A stretch of DNA of 64,000 bases from Ranitomeya imitator (GCF_032444005.1 NC_091289.1:199764001-199828000), one strand, 5' to 3'; positions 23,481-35,963 are shown, counted from the stretch's first letter. Notes: a model not told the origin generated them from the letters alone. Translations and numbers: made by a program.

Positions 23481-24861
23481 GGAGACTTCTAATCCTTTGC
23501 TCGGACCTGCAGGACAACATTATCATTGCAGCTTCTTCTGTATAGCGCCCACTGGTGGAGCTGAAAGACCCCAGAAAATATTTACTAGTGGAATGAACGC
23601 ACGGGTGGTATTAATATCTTCACTCCAACGTACAACACTCTGAAAACTCAACCCCGTTCTCTTAGCAAATCTATGGAATATTCCAGACTTTATGTTCTGT
23701 GTCTTGTCAAATCAGTTACCCGGTGAAAAGTCAATGTTTCCTGATAATCTTCGCTCAGGATCCATAACAAACCCAGCAAAACTGGATCCAGAGAGCAGGA
23801 CAGACACCAAAGACTATATATTTATATAAATGCAAGGTGGTGTATTTTCTATTATCAATGTGGTCTCCTAACTAGGACACTATTGTTTTGGGGGGAGTTA
23901 TGTTCACTAGTCAGTAACCCCAGTTGCGGCCATTGCCTTCTTTGTGACATGTACATGCGACTGTAGATCAGTAAATTACATCCAAAAGATCCAGATCTGG
24001 TGTCACGGCCCCTGGATGAGTGTCTGGTGCACAAACTGGAAGCAATGGATGAAGGAATATCCCATGACTAAGGGGAATTACATGACCAGGAAAACGACTC
24101 TGGAATCCTAATTACCGGCGTATGAAGGCACAAAGAATAGCTGAGAATCCGGTGTGGACCTTAGAATACTGATCATCAAAATAAACTGGACTTGTCTATC
24201 ATCGAGGTAACGGGTAAATGTTCACGAGACAGCAGCGGCCGCCCGGGGGTCTCGTGACCGCAGCGACCAGCCGGGTCGGGGACGTGCAGCCATAACAAGC
24301 TCCGCTGTAGTAGACCCGGACTCTGCTCGTGGCCTCATCTGTTGTGTTAGACACATCTAATATTCTGCTGCTCTGCACGATTTCAGGATCACCAGACTTA
24401 TTGACTGCTTTGTGTAATGGTTTTATACAATAAAAAACTATATATATTTTGCAGACATCTGAGCAAGGGCTGTTTTCTCTGCCTGTTGAGTTGTAGTTTT
24501 TTGTTAGGTCAAAATAGGTTATTTTTATTGCGTTTTACCACAGTTGAAAATAAACAGGTAGATTCATCAAGGTCAATACAGGGGAATTTTTATGTAATTT
24601 ACTAAATATGGTGGTGGTGCACATTTGTCACAAGGCGTGGCAACTCAGCCTAACTTATCATTCAGCACGGACCACTGGTAAACCGCACGCTGTTCTGCAG
24701 CAGCTCTGCCCTTGCAACACTAAGGAAACGCATGAAGATGGCCACCCACATCAGAGCAGCTCGCACAAGTTGTATAGCAACCACCATATGGTCTCCTTCC
24801 ATAGAAGGCCAGCCATTCAGACAGACAAGCCGTAAAGGACTGAGATAACTGAGCATTTTTA

Positions 24862-24974
24862 GGCTATGTTGCCATGATAAGCTTTTGATTTTGCAGATTT
24901 TCTGCATCATTTCTCCACACATTAAGTCTGCAACATCAAAAACTCACAAAAAAGCTCATGGTGGGAACATGGCC
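24862..24974. mobile_element. Short Harbinger-type MITE with TTA target-site duplication
   Basis: tta|GGCTATGTT...AACATGGCC|tta. Confidence 0.6.
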
Positions 24975-25239
24975 TTAAGGAGATAATTGCAAAGTTGCTC
25001 TTTTCTACTAGGACTTTGCAGTCTTACCTATTCACCAAGATGCAGCAACGAGAATTTGTAGGTGTATAAAAAAACAAAAAAAAAACACCTTGAATACTTG
25101 TGCTATAGGTTTTTTGTGCTGGTTGCAGAACTCAACATGATACAATTACAGGCATAATATACTGAAGGGTAAGCCTGGCAGTCGCATTAAGCAGTGAGAT
25201 GACAGGATGGCATTTATACAAGGGGGCTTCTTACAGACT

Positions 25240-25535
25240 AAGGGCACTAAACAGAATGGTGACCGGTCTGCAAACCATGGCCTATGAGGAACGGTTACAG
25301 GATTTAGGAATGTTTATCTGCAAAAAAGAAAACAGAGGAGACTTAATAGCGGTCTACAAATATCTGAAGGGCTGTCACATTGTAGAGGGATCATCATTAT
25401 TCTCATTTGCACAAGGAAAGACGAGAAGCAACAGGATGAAACTGAATGTGGGAGAGAGACACAGATTAGATATTAGAAAAAACTTTTTGGCAGTGAGGGC
25501 GATCAATGAGTGGAACAGGCGGCCATGAGAGGTGG
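25240..25535 (+). mobile_element. CR1 ORF2 C-terminal fragment
   Basis: MAYEERLQDLGMF...RGDLIAVYKYLKG...KNFLAVRAINEWNR. Confidence 0.85.
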
Positions 25536-25965
25536 CGGATTCGTTGGGGAATTGAGAGCCAGTGGAGGGATTTGCAGAGGGGAGAAACGGGGGAGTAGCG
25601 AGGAGAGAAGTGGATTACACGGGCAGCAAAGTTCAGGATGGACTGCAGAGGTGCAAGAGAGTTAGCGGGGAGGCCACAGAGGAGGATGTTGCAGTAGTCG
25701 AGGTGGGAGATGATGAGGGCATGCACAAGAGTTTTAGTAGATTGAGGGCTGAGGATGGGATGGATTCTGGCGATATTTTAGAGTTTGGACGTGCGGATTG
25801 AAGGACGGGGCAGAATTGAGTTACCCCGAGGCAGCGGATGTCAGGTGCGGGAGAGAGCGTGACGCAGTTTACCATAATACATCGGGAAGGGGGGATACGT
25901 GAGATGGGGGAAAGATGATGAGTTCGGTTTTGTCTACATGGAGTTTTAGGAAGCGAGACAATAAT
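25536..25965 (-). mobile_element. L2 ORF2 fragment abutting the CR1 fragment
   Basis: LKLHVDKTELIIFP and HALIISHLDYCNILLCGLP...LQSILNFAAR...LHWLSI, the typical L2 RT C-terminal region. Confidence 0.85.
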
Positions 25966-26389
25966 GATTTGAAGCCTGATGTCACTGCCACCATTGCTGG
26001 AGGGGATGCTGGGAGTTGTAGTTTCAGCACCACAGGTTGCGGACTGCTCAGAGGAGCCTGGGTCAGACAGAATAATAAAACATACCTCCCTCTGAAGAGG
26101 AACGTTTCACAGGTTACATTTACACAAGATCTCCATGAGATTCCACCAGAAATCGTTCTGTTACCAAACATTACCGGCTAGGAGGGGCTCAGTTATGTCC
26201 TCAGATCGGGCTCCTTCTATAGGTGGCCGCACACAAGTGAGGAATTAGGACGTTGCCATGACCCAGCAAAAGGGGCCGAAAGAAAAAACACACCTTTTTG
26301 TTCAACAATCTTGTGAAAAAGTACTGAGACTTTGCAAAGTGCAAGTTACCATTATGATGTGACAGCAATGTCCTCCTGCCTCCCTCCTG

Positions 26390-28912
26390 CACTCGTCTCC
26401 TCTAGTATTGCACGCGGAGGCCGGGACGTCTCTATCCACAGGTTATGGAGCGCTCGTCTCCTCCAGTATTGCACGCGGAGGCCGGGACGTCTCTATCCTC
26501 AGGTTATGGAGCGCTCGTCTCCTCCTTTATTGCACGCGGAGGCCGGGACGTTTCTATCCTCAGGTTATGGAGCGCTCGTCTCCTCCAGTATTGCACGCGG
26601 AGGCCGGGACATCTCTATCCTCAGGTCATGGAGCGCTCGTCTCTAGTATTGCACGCGGAGGCCGGGACGTCTCTATCCTCAGGTTATGGAGCGCTCGTCT
26701 CCTCTAGTATTGCACGCGGAGGCTGGGACGTCTCTATCCCCGGGTTATGGAGCTCTCGTCTCCTGTAGTATTGCACGCAGAGGCCGGGACGTCTCTATCC
26801 CCAGGTTATGGAGCTCTCGTCTCCTCTAGTATTGCACGCGGAGGCCAGGACGTCTCTATCCCCAGGTTATGGAGCTCTCGTCTCCTCTAGTATTGCACGC
26901 GGAGGCCGGGCGGTCACTATCCTCAGGTTATGGAGCTCTAGTCTCCTCTAGTATTGCACGCGGAGGCCGGGACGTCTCTATCCTCAGGTTATGGAGCGCT
27001 CGTCTCCTAGTATTGCACGCGGAGGCCGGGACGTCTCTATCCTCAGGTTATGGAGCTCTAGTCTCCTCTAGTATTGCACGCGGAGGCCGGGACGTCTCTA
27101 TCCTCAGGTTATGGAGCGCTCGTCTCCTAGTATTGCACGCGGAGGCCGGAACGTCTCTATCCTCAGGTTAGGGAGCACTCGTCTCCTCTAGTATTGCACG
27201 CGGAGGTTGGGACGTCTCTATCCCCGGGTTATGGAGTGCTCATCTCTAGTATTGCACGCGGAGGTCGGGACGTCTATCCTCAGGTAAGGGAGTGCTCGTC
27301 TCCTAGTATTGCACGCGGAGGCCGGGACGTCTCTATCCTCAGGTTATGGAGCGCTCGTCTCCTCTAGTATTGCATGCGGACGTCTCTATCCCCGGGTTAT
27401 GGAGTGCTCATCTCTAGTATTGCACGCGGAGGTCGGGACGTCTCTATCCCCAGGTTATGGAGCTCTCGTCTCCTAGTATTGCACGCGGAGGCCGGGACGT
27501 CTATCCTCAGGTAAGGGAGCGCTCGTCTCCTAGTATTGCACGCGGAGGCCGGGACGTCTCTATCCTCAGGTTATGGAGCTCTCGTCTCCTCTAATATTGG
27601 GACGTTTTTATCATCAGGTTATGGAGCGCTCGTCTCCTCTAGTATTGCACGCGGAGGCCGGGACGTCTCTATCCTCAGGTTATGGAGCTCTCGTCTCCTC
27701 TAATATTGGGACGTTTTTATCATCAGGTTATGGAGCGCTCGTCTCCTCTAGTATTACACGCGGAGGCCGGGACGTCTCTAACCTCAGGTTATGGAGCTCT
27801 CGTCTCCTCTAGTATTGGGACGTTTTTATCATCAGGTTATGGAGCGCTCGTCTCCTCTAGTATTACACGCGGAGGCCGGGACGTCTCTATCCCCAGGTTA
27901 TGGAGCTCTCGTCTCCTGTAGTATTGCACACGGAGGTCTCTATCCCCAAGTTATGGAGCTCTCGTCTCCTCTAGTATTGCACACGGAGGTCTCTATCCTC
28001 AGGTTATGGAGCGCTCGTCTCCTCTAGTATTGTACGCGGAGGCCGGGACGTCTCTATCCCCAGGTTATGGAGCACTCGTCTCCTCTAGTATTGCACGCGG
28101 AGGCCGGGACGTCACTATCCTCAGGTTATGGAGCGCTCGTCTCCTCTAGTATTGCACGCGGAGGCCAGGACATCTCTATCCTCAGGTTATGGAGTGCTCG
28201 TCTCCTCTAGTATTGCACGCGGAGGCCGGGACGTCTCTATCCTCAGGTTATGGAGCTCTCATCTCCTCTAGTACTACATAAGGAGGCCGGGACATCTCTG
28301 TCCTCAGGTTATGGAGCGCTCGTCTCCTCTAGTATTACACGCGGAGGCCGGGCGGTCTCTATCCACAGGTTATGGAGCGCTCGTCTCCTCTAGTATTACA
28401 CGCGGAGGCCGGGCGGTCTCTATCCACAGGTTATGGAGCGCTCGTCTCCTCTAGTATTACACGCGGAGGCCGGGCGGTCTCTATCCTCAGGTTATGGAGC
28501 GCTCGTCTCCTCTAGTATTACACGCGGAGGCCGGGCGGTCTCTATCCACAGGTTATGGAGCGCTCGTCTCCTCTAGTATTACACGCGGAGGCCGGGCGGT
28601 CTCTATCCACAGGTTATGGAGCGCTCGTCTCCTCTAGTATTACACGCGGAGGCCGGGCGGTCTCTATCCTCAGGTTATGGAGCGCTCGTCTCCTCTAGTA
28701 TTGGGACGTTTTTATCATCAGGTTATGGAGCGCTCGTCTCCTCTAGTATTACACGCGGAGGCCGGGACGTCTCTATCCTCAGGTTATGGAGCGCTCGTCT
28801 CCTCTAGTATTGGGACGTTTTTATCATCAGGTTATGGAGCGCTCGTCTCCTCTAGTATTGCACGCGGAGGCCGGGCGGTCACTATCCTCAGGTTATGGAG
28901 CGCTCGTCTCCA
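26390..28912. repeat. 61-bp minisatellite A (CTCGTCTCCTCTAGTATTGCACGCGGAGGCCGGGACGTCTCTATCCTCAGGTTATGGAGCG), ~42 units, between RPF1 and GNG5
   Basis: GGTTATGG recurs at 26441 and 26502. Variant units with deletions are present. Confidence 0.95.
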
Positions 28913-29469
28913 GCTCTTGTACTGGCATCATCTGCCTCTCGGGTTTTACCTTTCTTTGGAGAAACATCTTAGGTTACAGGTTGGATTTGTGTTACCACCC
29001 TTAACCCATTACTGACCTCCAATACATCCATTTACTGATCTGCAATATTAGAGACTAGGTGTAATGATGTTTGGGGGGGGGATTACAATATATAGGACCC
29101 TGAAAGTCACTTCAAAACTGAACAGGTTCCTTTAAAAAAAAATAAAAATACACACAATTTTAAAAATGTTTAAAAATATGATAAAATAAAACATTTTACA
29201 GATGGTGCTGATGTAAAGCAGTCATGAGGGAAATATTAATGTTTTTCTGTGGTATGACCGCCCGCATTAAAGGAAGAGTTTTGAAAATTACCAATTTCTT
29301 TTAGTTTGTAAAATGCACACGTCAACCTGAGTGGTAAACCATCATTGAATTCTAATGTGTCATGAAAAACCAAATATCCGAGTCAGTGGGAGATGTTCAA
29401 GCGCTCCAGAGTTCTTGCTTCATACGACTGTCAAATTTCAAAAATGTGACCTGGTCATTAAGGGGTTAA

Positions 29470-29819
29470 AGAAGTTGTCCAGCACTAGAACAACTCCTCT
29501 TACCCCTCACTTAGCCATGGGAGAAATAAAGCCTGTCCTCTCCTCACGTGCTGGCGACGTTCCCACGGCGTCGACCTTCGGCCTTCTGTGCTGTTGTGAC
29601 CCTGGCGCCCAATCAGTGCTGGCGAATTGAGCAGGAAGAGGAAGTCAGATCTGCAGCCCGGACTAACTCGCCATGATAGATGTGTCACAACGGCATCAGA
29701 GGCCCGAGGAGAGCCGACTCCGCGGGAAGGGGACCAGCACAGGGGGACCAGCACAGGCTTCATTACCACATGGGGGCCAAACACCGATCAGGGGGTTCTC
29801 CTAGTAGTGGACTGCCCCT
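29470..29819. mobile_element. T2/Kolobok-type MITE with TTAA target-site duplication
   Basis: ttaa|AGAAGTTGTCCAGCACTAG ... CTAGTAGTGGACTGCCCCT|ttaa. Confidence 0.65.
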
Positions 29820-29904
29820 TTAATACTAGGATGTTCCTAGTGTTGCAGACAAACCCTAAAGCGCGACTGCAGGCGAAGCTTCAAAAACACGGAGCGCGGG
29901 AGAC

Positions 29905-30107
29905 GTAAAAGGAAAAGACATTTATTGCGATTAGTCACCAGTGTATAAAATGGATTTTTTTCTTTTAAAACGATGAAGTGAGTGCGGACAGCTCATGGCG
30001 GAGAGGTAGATGTTACTCATGTCGATGGAAATGTACAATAGATAACTTGGCACGTCCCACGGTCACACCAGAAACAGAGCGGCTCCTCCAGGACAAGCGG
30101 AGATCGG
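29905..30107 (-). other. GNG5: GNG5 non-coding terminal 3'-UTR exon (3' end approximate)
   Basis: Donor cgGTAAGT lies 24 nt after the stop (exon ends 32841). A long T-rich tract ending ttttttcctttAG precedes 30107, and a minus-strand AATAAA is at 29926-29921. Confidence 0.8.
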
Positions 30108-30505
30108 CTAAAGGAAAAAAGAAAAAAAAAAAAAAGTGTAAAGAAACAGCAGGTTATCGGACGGCTCAGAGCCAGCGAGGCTCTATAATGAGGAGATGAA
30201 CGGCCGCCATACAGGAGCAGCACCGGCCCCAGGACGGACGCTGGGAGGAACAGATCACACAAGATCTCCACTGCATGATCACACCAGATCTCCATTACAC
30301 ATTCATCATCCCGGCTACGACAGGTCTTATCCTCAGACCCCGGGGTGACTGCACTGGGCACAGAGGCATCTCCCATGCACCGCGCGCACTTAGGCTGGTT
30401 TCACATTTGCGTTTCAAAACGCATGCGTTTAAAAAAAAACGCGTGCAGACGCTGCGTTTTTTTGACGCATGCGTTTTTGCATGTGGTGAAAAAAAATCAT
30501 ATATC

Positions 30506-31872
30506 ACCAGAGGGAACGCTACAGCCAGCCTATACAATACCAGAGGGAACGCTACAGCCAGCCTATACAATACCAGAGGGAACGCTACAGCCAGCCTATA
30601 CAATACCAGAGGGAACGCTACAGCCAGCCTATACAATACCAGAGGGAACGCTACAGCCAGCCTATACAATACCAGAGGGAACGCTACAGCCAGCCTATAC
30701 AATACCAGAGGGAACGCTACAGCCAGCCTATACAATACCAGAGGGAACGCTACAGCCAGCCTATACAATACCAGAGGGAACGCTACAGCCAGCCTATACA
30801 ATACCAGAGGGAACGCTACAGCCAGCCTATACAATACCAGAGGGAACGCTACAGCCAGCCTATACAATACCAGAGGGAACGCTACAGCCAGCCTATACAA
30901 TACCAGAGGGAACGCTACAGCCAGCCTATACAATACCAGAGGGAACGCTACAGCCAGCCTATACAATACCAGAGGGAAAGCTACAGCCAGCCTATACAAT
31001 ACCAGAGGGAACGCTACAGCCAGCCTATACAATACCAGAGGGAACGCTACAGCCAGCCTATACAATACCAGAGGGAACGCTACAGCCAGCCTATACAATA
31101 CCAGAGGGAACGCTACAGCCAGCCTATACAATACCAGAGGGAACGCTACAGCCAGCCTATACAATACCAGAGGGAACGCTACAGCCAGCCTATACAATAC
31201 CAGAGGGAACGCTACAGCCAGCCTATACAATACCAGAGGGAACGCTACAGCCAGCCTATACAATACCAGAGGGAACGCTACAGCCAGCCTATACAATACC
31301 AGAGGGAACGCTACAGCCAGCCTATACAATACCAGAGGGAAAGCTACAGCCAGCCTATACAATACCAGAGGGAAAGCTACAGCCAGCCTATACAATACCA
31401 GAGGGAAAGCTACAGCCAGCCTATACAATACCAGAGGGAACGCTACAGCCAGCCTATACAATACCAGAGGGAACGCTACAGCCAGCCTATACAATACCAG
31501 AGGGAACGCTACAGCCAGCCTATACAATACCAGAGGGAACGCTACAGCCAGCCTATACAATACCAGAGGGAAAGCTACAGCCAGCCTATACAATACCAGA
31601 GGGAAAGCTACAGCCAGCCTATACAATACCAGAGGGAACGCTACAGCCAGCCTATACAATACCAGAGGGAACGCTACAGCCAGCCTATACAATACCAGAG
31701 GGAACGCTACAGCCAGCCTATACAATACCAGAGGGAACGCTACAGCCAGCCTATACAATACCAGAGGGAACGCTACAGCCAGCCTATACAATACCAGAGG
31801 GAAAGCTACAGCCAGCCTATACAATACCAGAGGGAAAGCTACAGCCAGCCTATACAATACCGGAGGGAAAGG
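30506..31872. repeat. 33-bp minisatellite (ACCAGAGGGAACGCTACAGCCAGCCTATACAAT), ~41 near-perfect copies, in the GNG5 3'-UTR intron
   Basis: 11-aa periodicity in the ORF track. Essentially the only variant is GAACGCT/GAAAGCT. Confidence 0.97.
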
Positions 31873-32067
31873 TCTCAGATGTTTGGAACAACCTCCTGCA
31901 GAGATCATCCATAACCTTTGTACAAATGACGAGAAGAAAGATGGAGGCGAAGGGGAGGTCATCAGACACTGATGATGGAGGCAACGGGCAGTGACTAGTG
32001 ATGAGTGAATATACTCGTTACTCGAGATTTCTCGAGCACGCTCGGGGGTCCTCCGAGTATTTTTTAG

Positions 32068-32460
32068 GGGCGGTCACCAGACACTGATGATGGAGGGGAC
32101 GGGCGGTCACCAGACACTGATGATGGAGGGGACGGGCGGTCACCAGACACTGATGATGGAGGGGACGGGCGGTCACCAGACACTGATGATGGAGGAGACG
32201 GGCGGTCACCAGACACTGATGATGGAGGAGACGGACGGTCACCAGATACTGATGATGGAGGTGACGGGCGGTCACCAGATACTGATGATGGAGGTGACGG
32301 GTGGTCACCAGATACTGATGATGGAGGTGACGGGCGGTCACCAGATACTGATGATGGAGGTGACGGGCGGTCACCAGATACTGATGATGGAGGTGACGGG
32401 CGATCACCAGATATTGATAATGGAGGAGATGGGCGATCACCAGATATTCATGATTGAGGG
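32068..32460. repeat. 33-bp minisatellite (GGGCGGTCACCAGACACTGATGATGGAGGGGAC), ~12 copies
   Basis: Direct reading, with a left-to-right divergence gradient. Confidence 0.93.
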
Positions 32461-32864
32461 TCCCCAGATAGACAACATTTATATTTCTCTTCATTCTCTT
32501 GTTAATCGACATTAGACTATTAACCCTTGTGTGTATGGAGCATCTGACTCTGCAGTCTCATACTCCCACCTTAGACTTTTGCACAGTCCAGTATGGCAGA
32601 TGTATAAATGTGACCCCAGACAGAGGCCCCGAGCACCTCTAGGGCCACACATTGCAGATCTGCCGCACAGGATGACTGCGCACCTCTCATCTAGGCACAA
32701 CTTGCCATAGAGAAGGCAGCGGCCATGCTGAGGAGTGGGAGACGGAGCAGACGGGGCCGTGTCTGGAGAGATGAGCAGCGCAGCTCACGTTATATCGGGT
32801 ACAGGAGTCGGAGATGTTCCGATTTTAACCATTTACTTACCGTAAAGAAAGACACAGACAGGTA

Positions 32865-33020
<156 letters not shown>

Positions 33021-33950
33021 CTAATCAATGGCGTCCTGTAACGATAACCCCGGCCTACAAGGCTCTGTGCACACGGGGAGAAAACTACACATAATCCAGA
33101 GGAGACGGCGGAGCAAGCATTGTGGAACGGTCTGACCTGCGGACAGGACGGAGGAGGCGCCGAGCAGAATCATGTACAGGTCGTATCTCATTCAGTGAAC
33201 TTATCAGGGTTTCTATTAGTAGTCCAGTGGGCGGTCCTACCAGTGATTGACCCCTATCTGCAGGCAATCATACAGGGACCTGCCAATCACTGGTAGGACC
33301 GCCCACTGGACTCTGCTCCTCCGCACCAAACCACCTGCAGATCAGACACTTTAAGGCCGGGTTCACACATCCCGTTATCGTCTCATACGTCGCGTGTTCT
33401 TCATTTTTCCCCTCGGACCACCAGTGACACCTGGCTGGGGAATAAACATGTGGAGGACGTTTCTTAAAGTCTTGTCGCCCTTCACTACACCAGTGATGGC
33501 TGCGGATTTACTGAAGTGACGGCACCGCTGGTCCGGGAGTCAATATGGCCGACAGGTCACACGGAACTTATATTAAATCCTACAGAGACCCCGCGTAACC
33601 CAGCAGGGTCGGATTATACGGGGGTAGCGCACAGCCGCCGCCAGGACCCTCAGCTTGTATGGGGACAAGGCTCACACAGCGGGGGCGAAGGGTGGGCTCT
33701 ACTACAAACACCGGAGACGCCAAGCTCTCATGCTGCTTTTAAGAAATAGGCAGTAATGGCGTCGTCATGGTAACCGCAGACCCCACTACTGCTCCCTGCG
33801 TCCGCCATGTCTGCAGATCTGTGCGGGGAGATTACCAGACACCGCGGGGTCACAGGGACGGAAGGGGCGAGTGCAGCGGCCGCTGTGCGGGGAAGAGTGC
33901 GGAAAACAAATATATTCCAAGAACAGCAACTACAAATAAAATATGACGAG

Positions 33951-34232
33951 AAGAACCGCAGGATTAGTGCCGACCACGCCGAAGAACCGCGGGATTAGTG
34001 CCGACCACGCCGAAGAACCGCGGGATTAATGCTGACCACGCCAAAGAACCGCGGGATTAATGCTGACCACGCCAAAGAACCGCGGGATTAATGCCGACCA
34101 CGCCAAAGAACCGCGGGATTAATGCGGACCACGCCGAAGAACCGCGGGATTAATGCTGACCACGCCGAAGAACCGCAAGATTAGTGCTGACCACGCCGAA
34201 GAACCGCAAGATTAGTGCTGACCACGCCGAAG
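33951..34232. repeat. 31-bp minisatellite (AAGAACCGCGGGATTAGTGCCGACCACGCCG), ~9 copies
   Basis: Direct reading. Confidence 0.92.
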
Positions 34233-34364
34233 CCGAAATCATCAGAATAAGAAGGATCAGAAACGGGAAAGAGCAAAACTACAACTGATCAAGAAGTCGT
34301 CGTAGACCCCGAGCGGGAGAAAAATAGAATATAACCTGAAAAGCAGCGTGTGGCCCCTGTGACT

Positions 34365-35748
34365 GAGCCCCCCATACTCACAGAGCCCCTGTGACCGTGC
34401 CCCACAAACGCCCCCGAGCCCTGTCACCGTGCCCCTCCCCGAGCCCCTGCAACCGTGCCCCCCCATAGGCCCCGAGCCCCTCTGACCATGCCCGCCAATA
34501 CTCCCTGAGCCCCCCATACTCCCAGATCCCCTGCGACCGTGCCCCACATACCCCCCCGAGCCCCTGCAACCATGCCCCCCATACTCACAGAGCCCCTCTG
34601 ACCGTGCCCCCCCAATACTCACAGAGCCCCTCTGGACCGTGCCCCCCATACTCACAGAGCCCCTCTGACCGTGCCCCCCCAATACTCACAGAGCCCCTCT
34701 GACCGTGCCCCCCATACTCCCAGAGCCCCTCTGGACCGTGCCCCCCATACTCACAGAGCCCCTCTGGACCGTGCCCCCCATACTCACAGAGCCCCTCTGG
34801 ACCGTGCCCCCCATACTCACAGAGCCCCTCTGGACCGTGCCCCCCATACTCACAGAGCCCCTCTGGACCGTGCCCCCCATACTCACAGAGCCCCTCTGGA
34901 CCGTGCCCCCCATACTCACAGAGCCCCTCTGGACCGTGCCCCCCATACTCACAGAGCCCCTCTGGACCGTGCCCCCCATACTCACAGAGCCCCTCTGGAC
35001 CGTGCCCCCCATACTCACAGAGCCCCTCTGGACCGTGCCCCCCATACTCACAGAGCCCCTCTGGACCGTGCCCCCCATACTCACAGAGCCCCTCTGGACC
35101 GTGCCCCCCATACTCACAGAGCCCCTCTGGACCGTGCCCCCCATACTCACAGAGCCCCTCTGGACCGTGCCCCCCATACTCACAGAGCCCCTCTGGACCG
35201 TGCCCCCCATACTCACAGAGCCCCTCTGGACCGTGCCCCCCATACTCACAAAGCCTCTCTGGACCGTGCCCCCCCATACTCACAAAGCCCCTCTGGACCG
35301 TGCCCCCCCATACTCACAGAGCCCCTCTGGACCGTGCCCCCCCATACTCACAGAGCCCCTCTGGACCGTGCCCCCCATACTCACAGAGCCCCTCTGGACC
35401 GTGCCCCCCATACTCACAGAGCCCCTCTGGACCGTGCCCCCCATACTCACAGAGCCCCTCTGGACCGTGCCCCCCATACTCACAGAGCCCCTCTGGACCG
35501 TGCCCCCCCATACTAGTCCACGAGCCCCTGTGACCGTGCCCCCCCCCAATACTCCCAGAGCCCCTCTGACCGTGCCCCCCCAATACTCACAGAGCCCCTG
35601 TGACCGTGCCCCCCCCAATACTCCGAGCCCCTCTGACCGTGCCCCCCAATACTCCCAGAGCCCCTCTGACCGTGCCCCCAATACTCCCTGAGGCCCCCAT
35701 ACTAGTCCACGAGCCCCTGTGACCGTGCCCCCCATACTCCCCGGTACA
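34365..35748. repeat. 33-bp C-rich minisatellite (TACTCACAGAGCCCCTCTGGACCGTGCCCCCCA) in the GNG5 coding intron
   Basis: Homogeneous core at ~34720-35510 with degenerate flanks. Confidence 0.95.
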
Positions 35749-35882
35749 GTGAGCAGACTCCCGCATTGCTCCGCACCGGAGCTGAATACATGACGCCGCC
35801 CCTCCCCCACCCGGCAGGAAGTTATGGGGGTTATATTGTTCAGGGCCAGAGCCAGGGTAAGGAGGAGGAGGATCGCGCTCAC

Positions 35883-35963
35883 CTTCACCCGGTTGATACC
35901 GGCCTCCACCCGCAGCTGCTGCACCACCTTCTTCATCGCGGACACGCTCGCGGTTCCCGACAT
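35883..35963 (-). CDS. GNG5: G protein gamma 5, first coding exon (MSGTASVSAMKKVVQQLRVEAGINRVK)
   Basis: ATG at 35963-35961, donor aagGTgagc, 81 nt. The peptide matches the GNG5 N-terminus. Confidence 0.96.

Noticed and set aside
30275-31994. 555-565-aa ORFs on both strands
   Set aside because: They are pure translations of the 33-bp array (unit divisible by 3), lie in a GNG5 intron, and have no non-repetitive domain.
35280-35882. 227-aa ORF extending the GNG5 N-terminus
   Set aside because: It reads through the GTGAGC donor at 35882 into the intron and array. The true protein splices to 32990.
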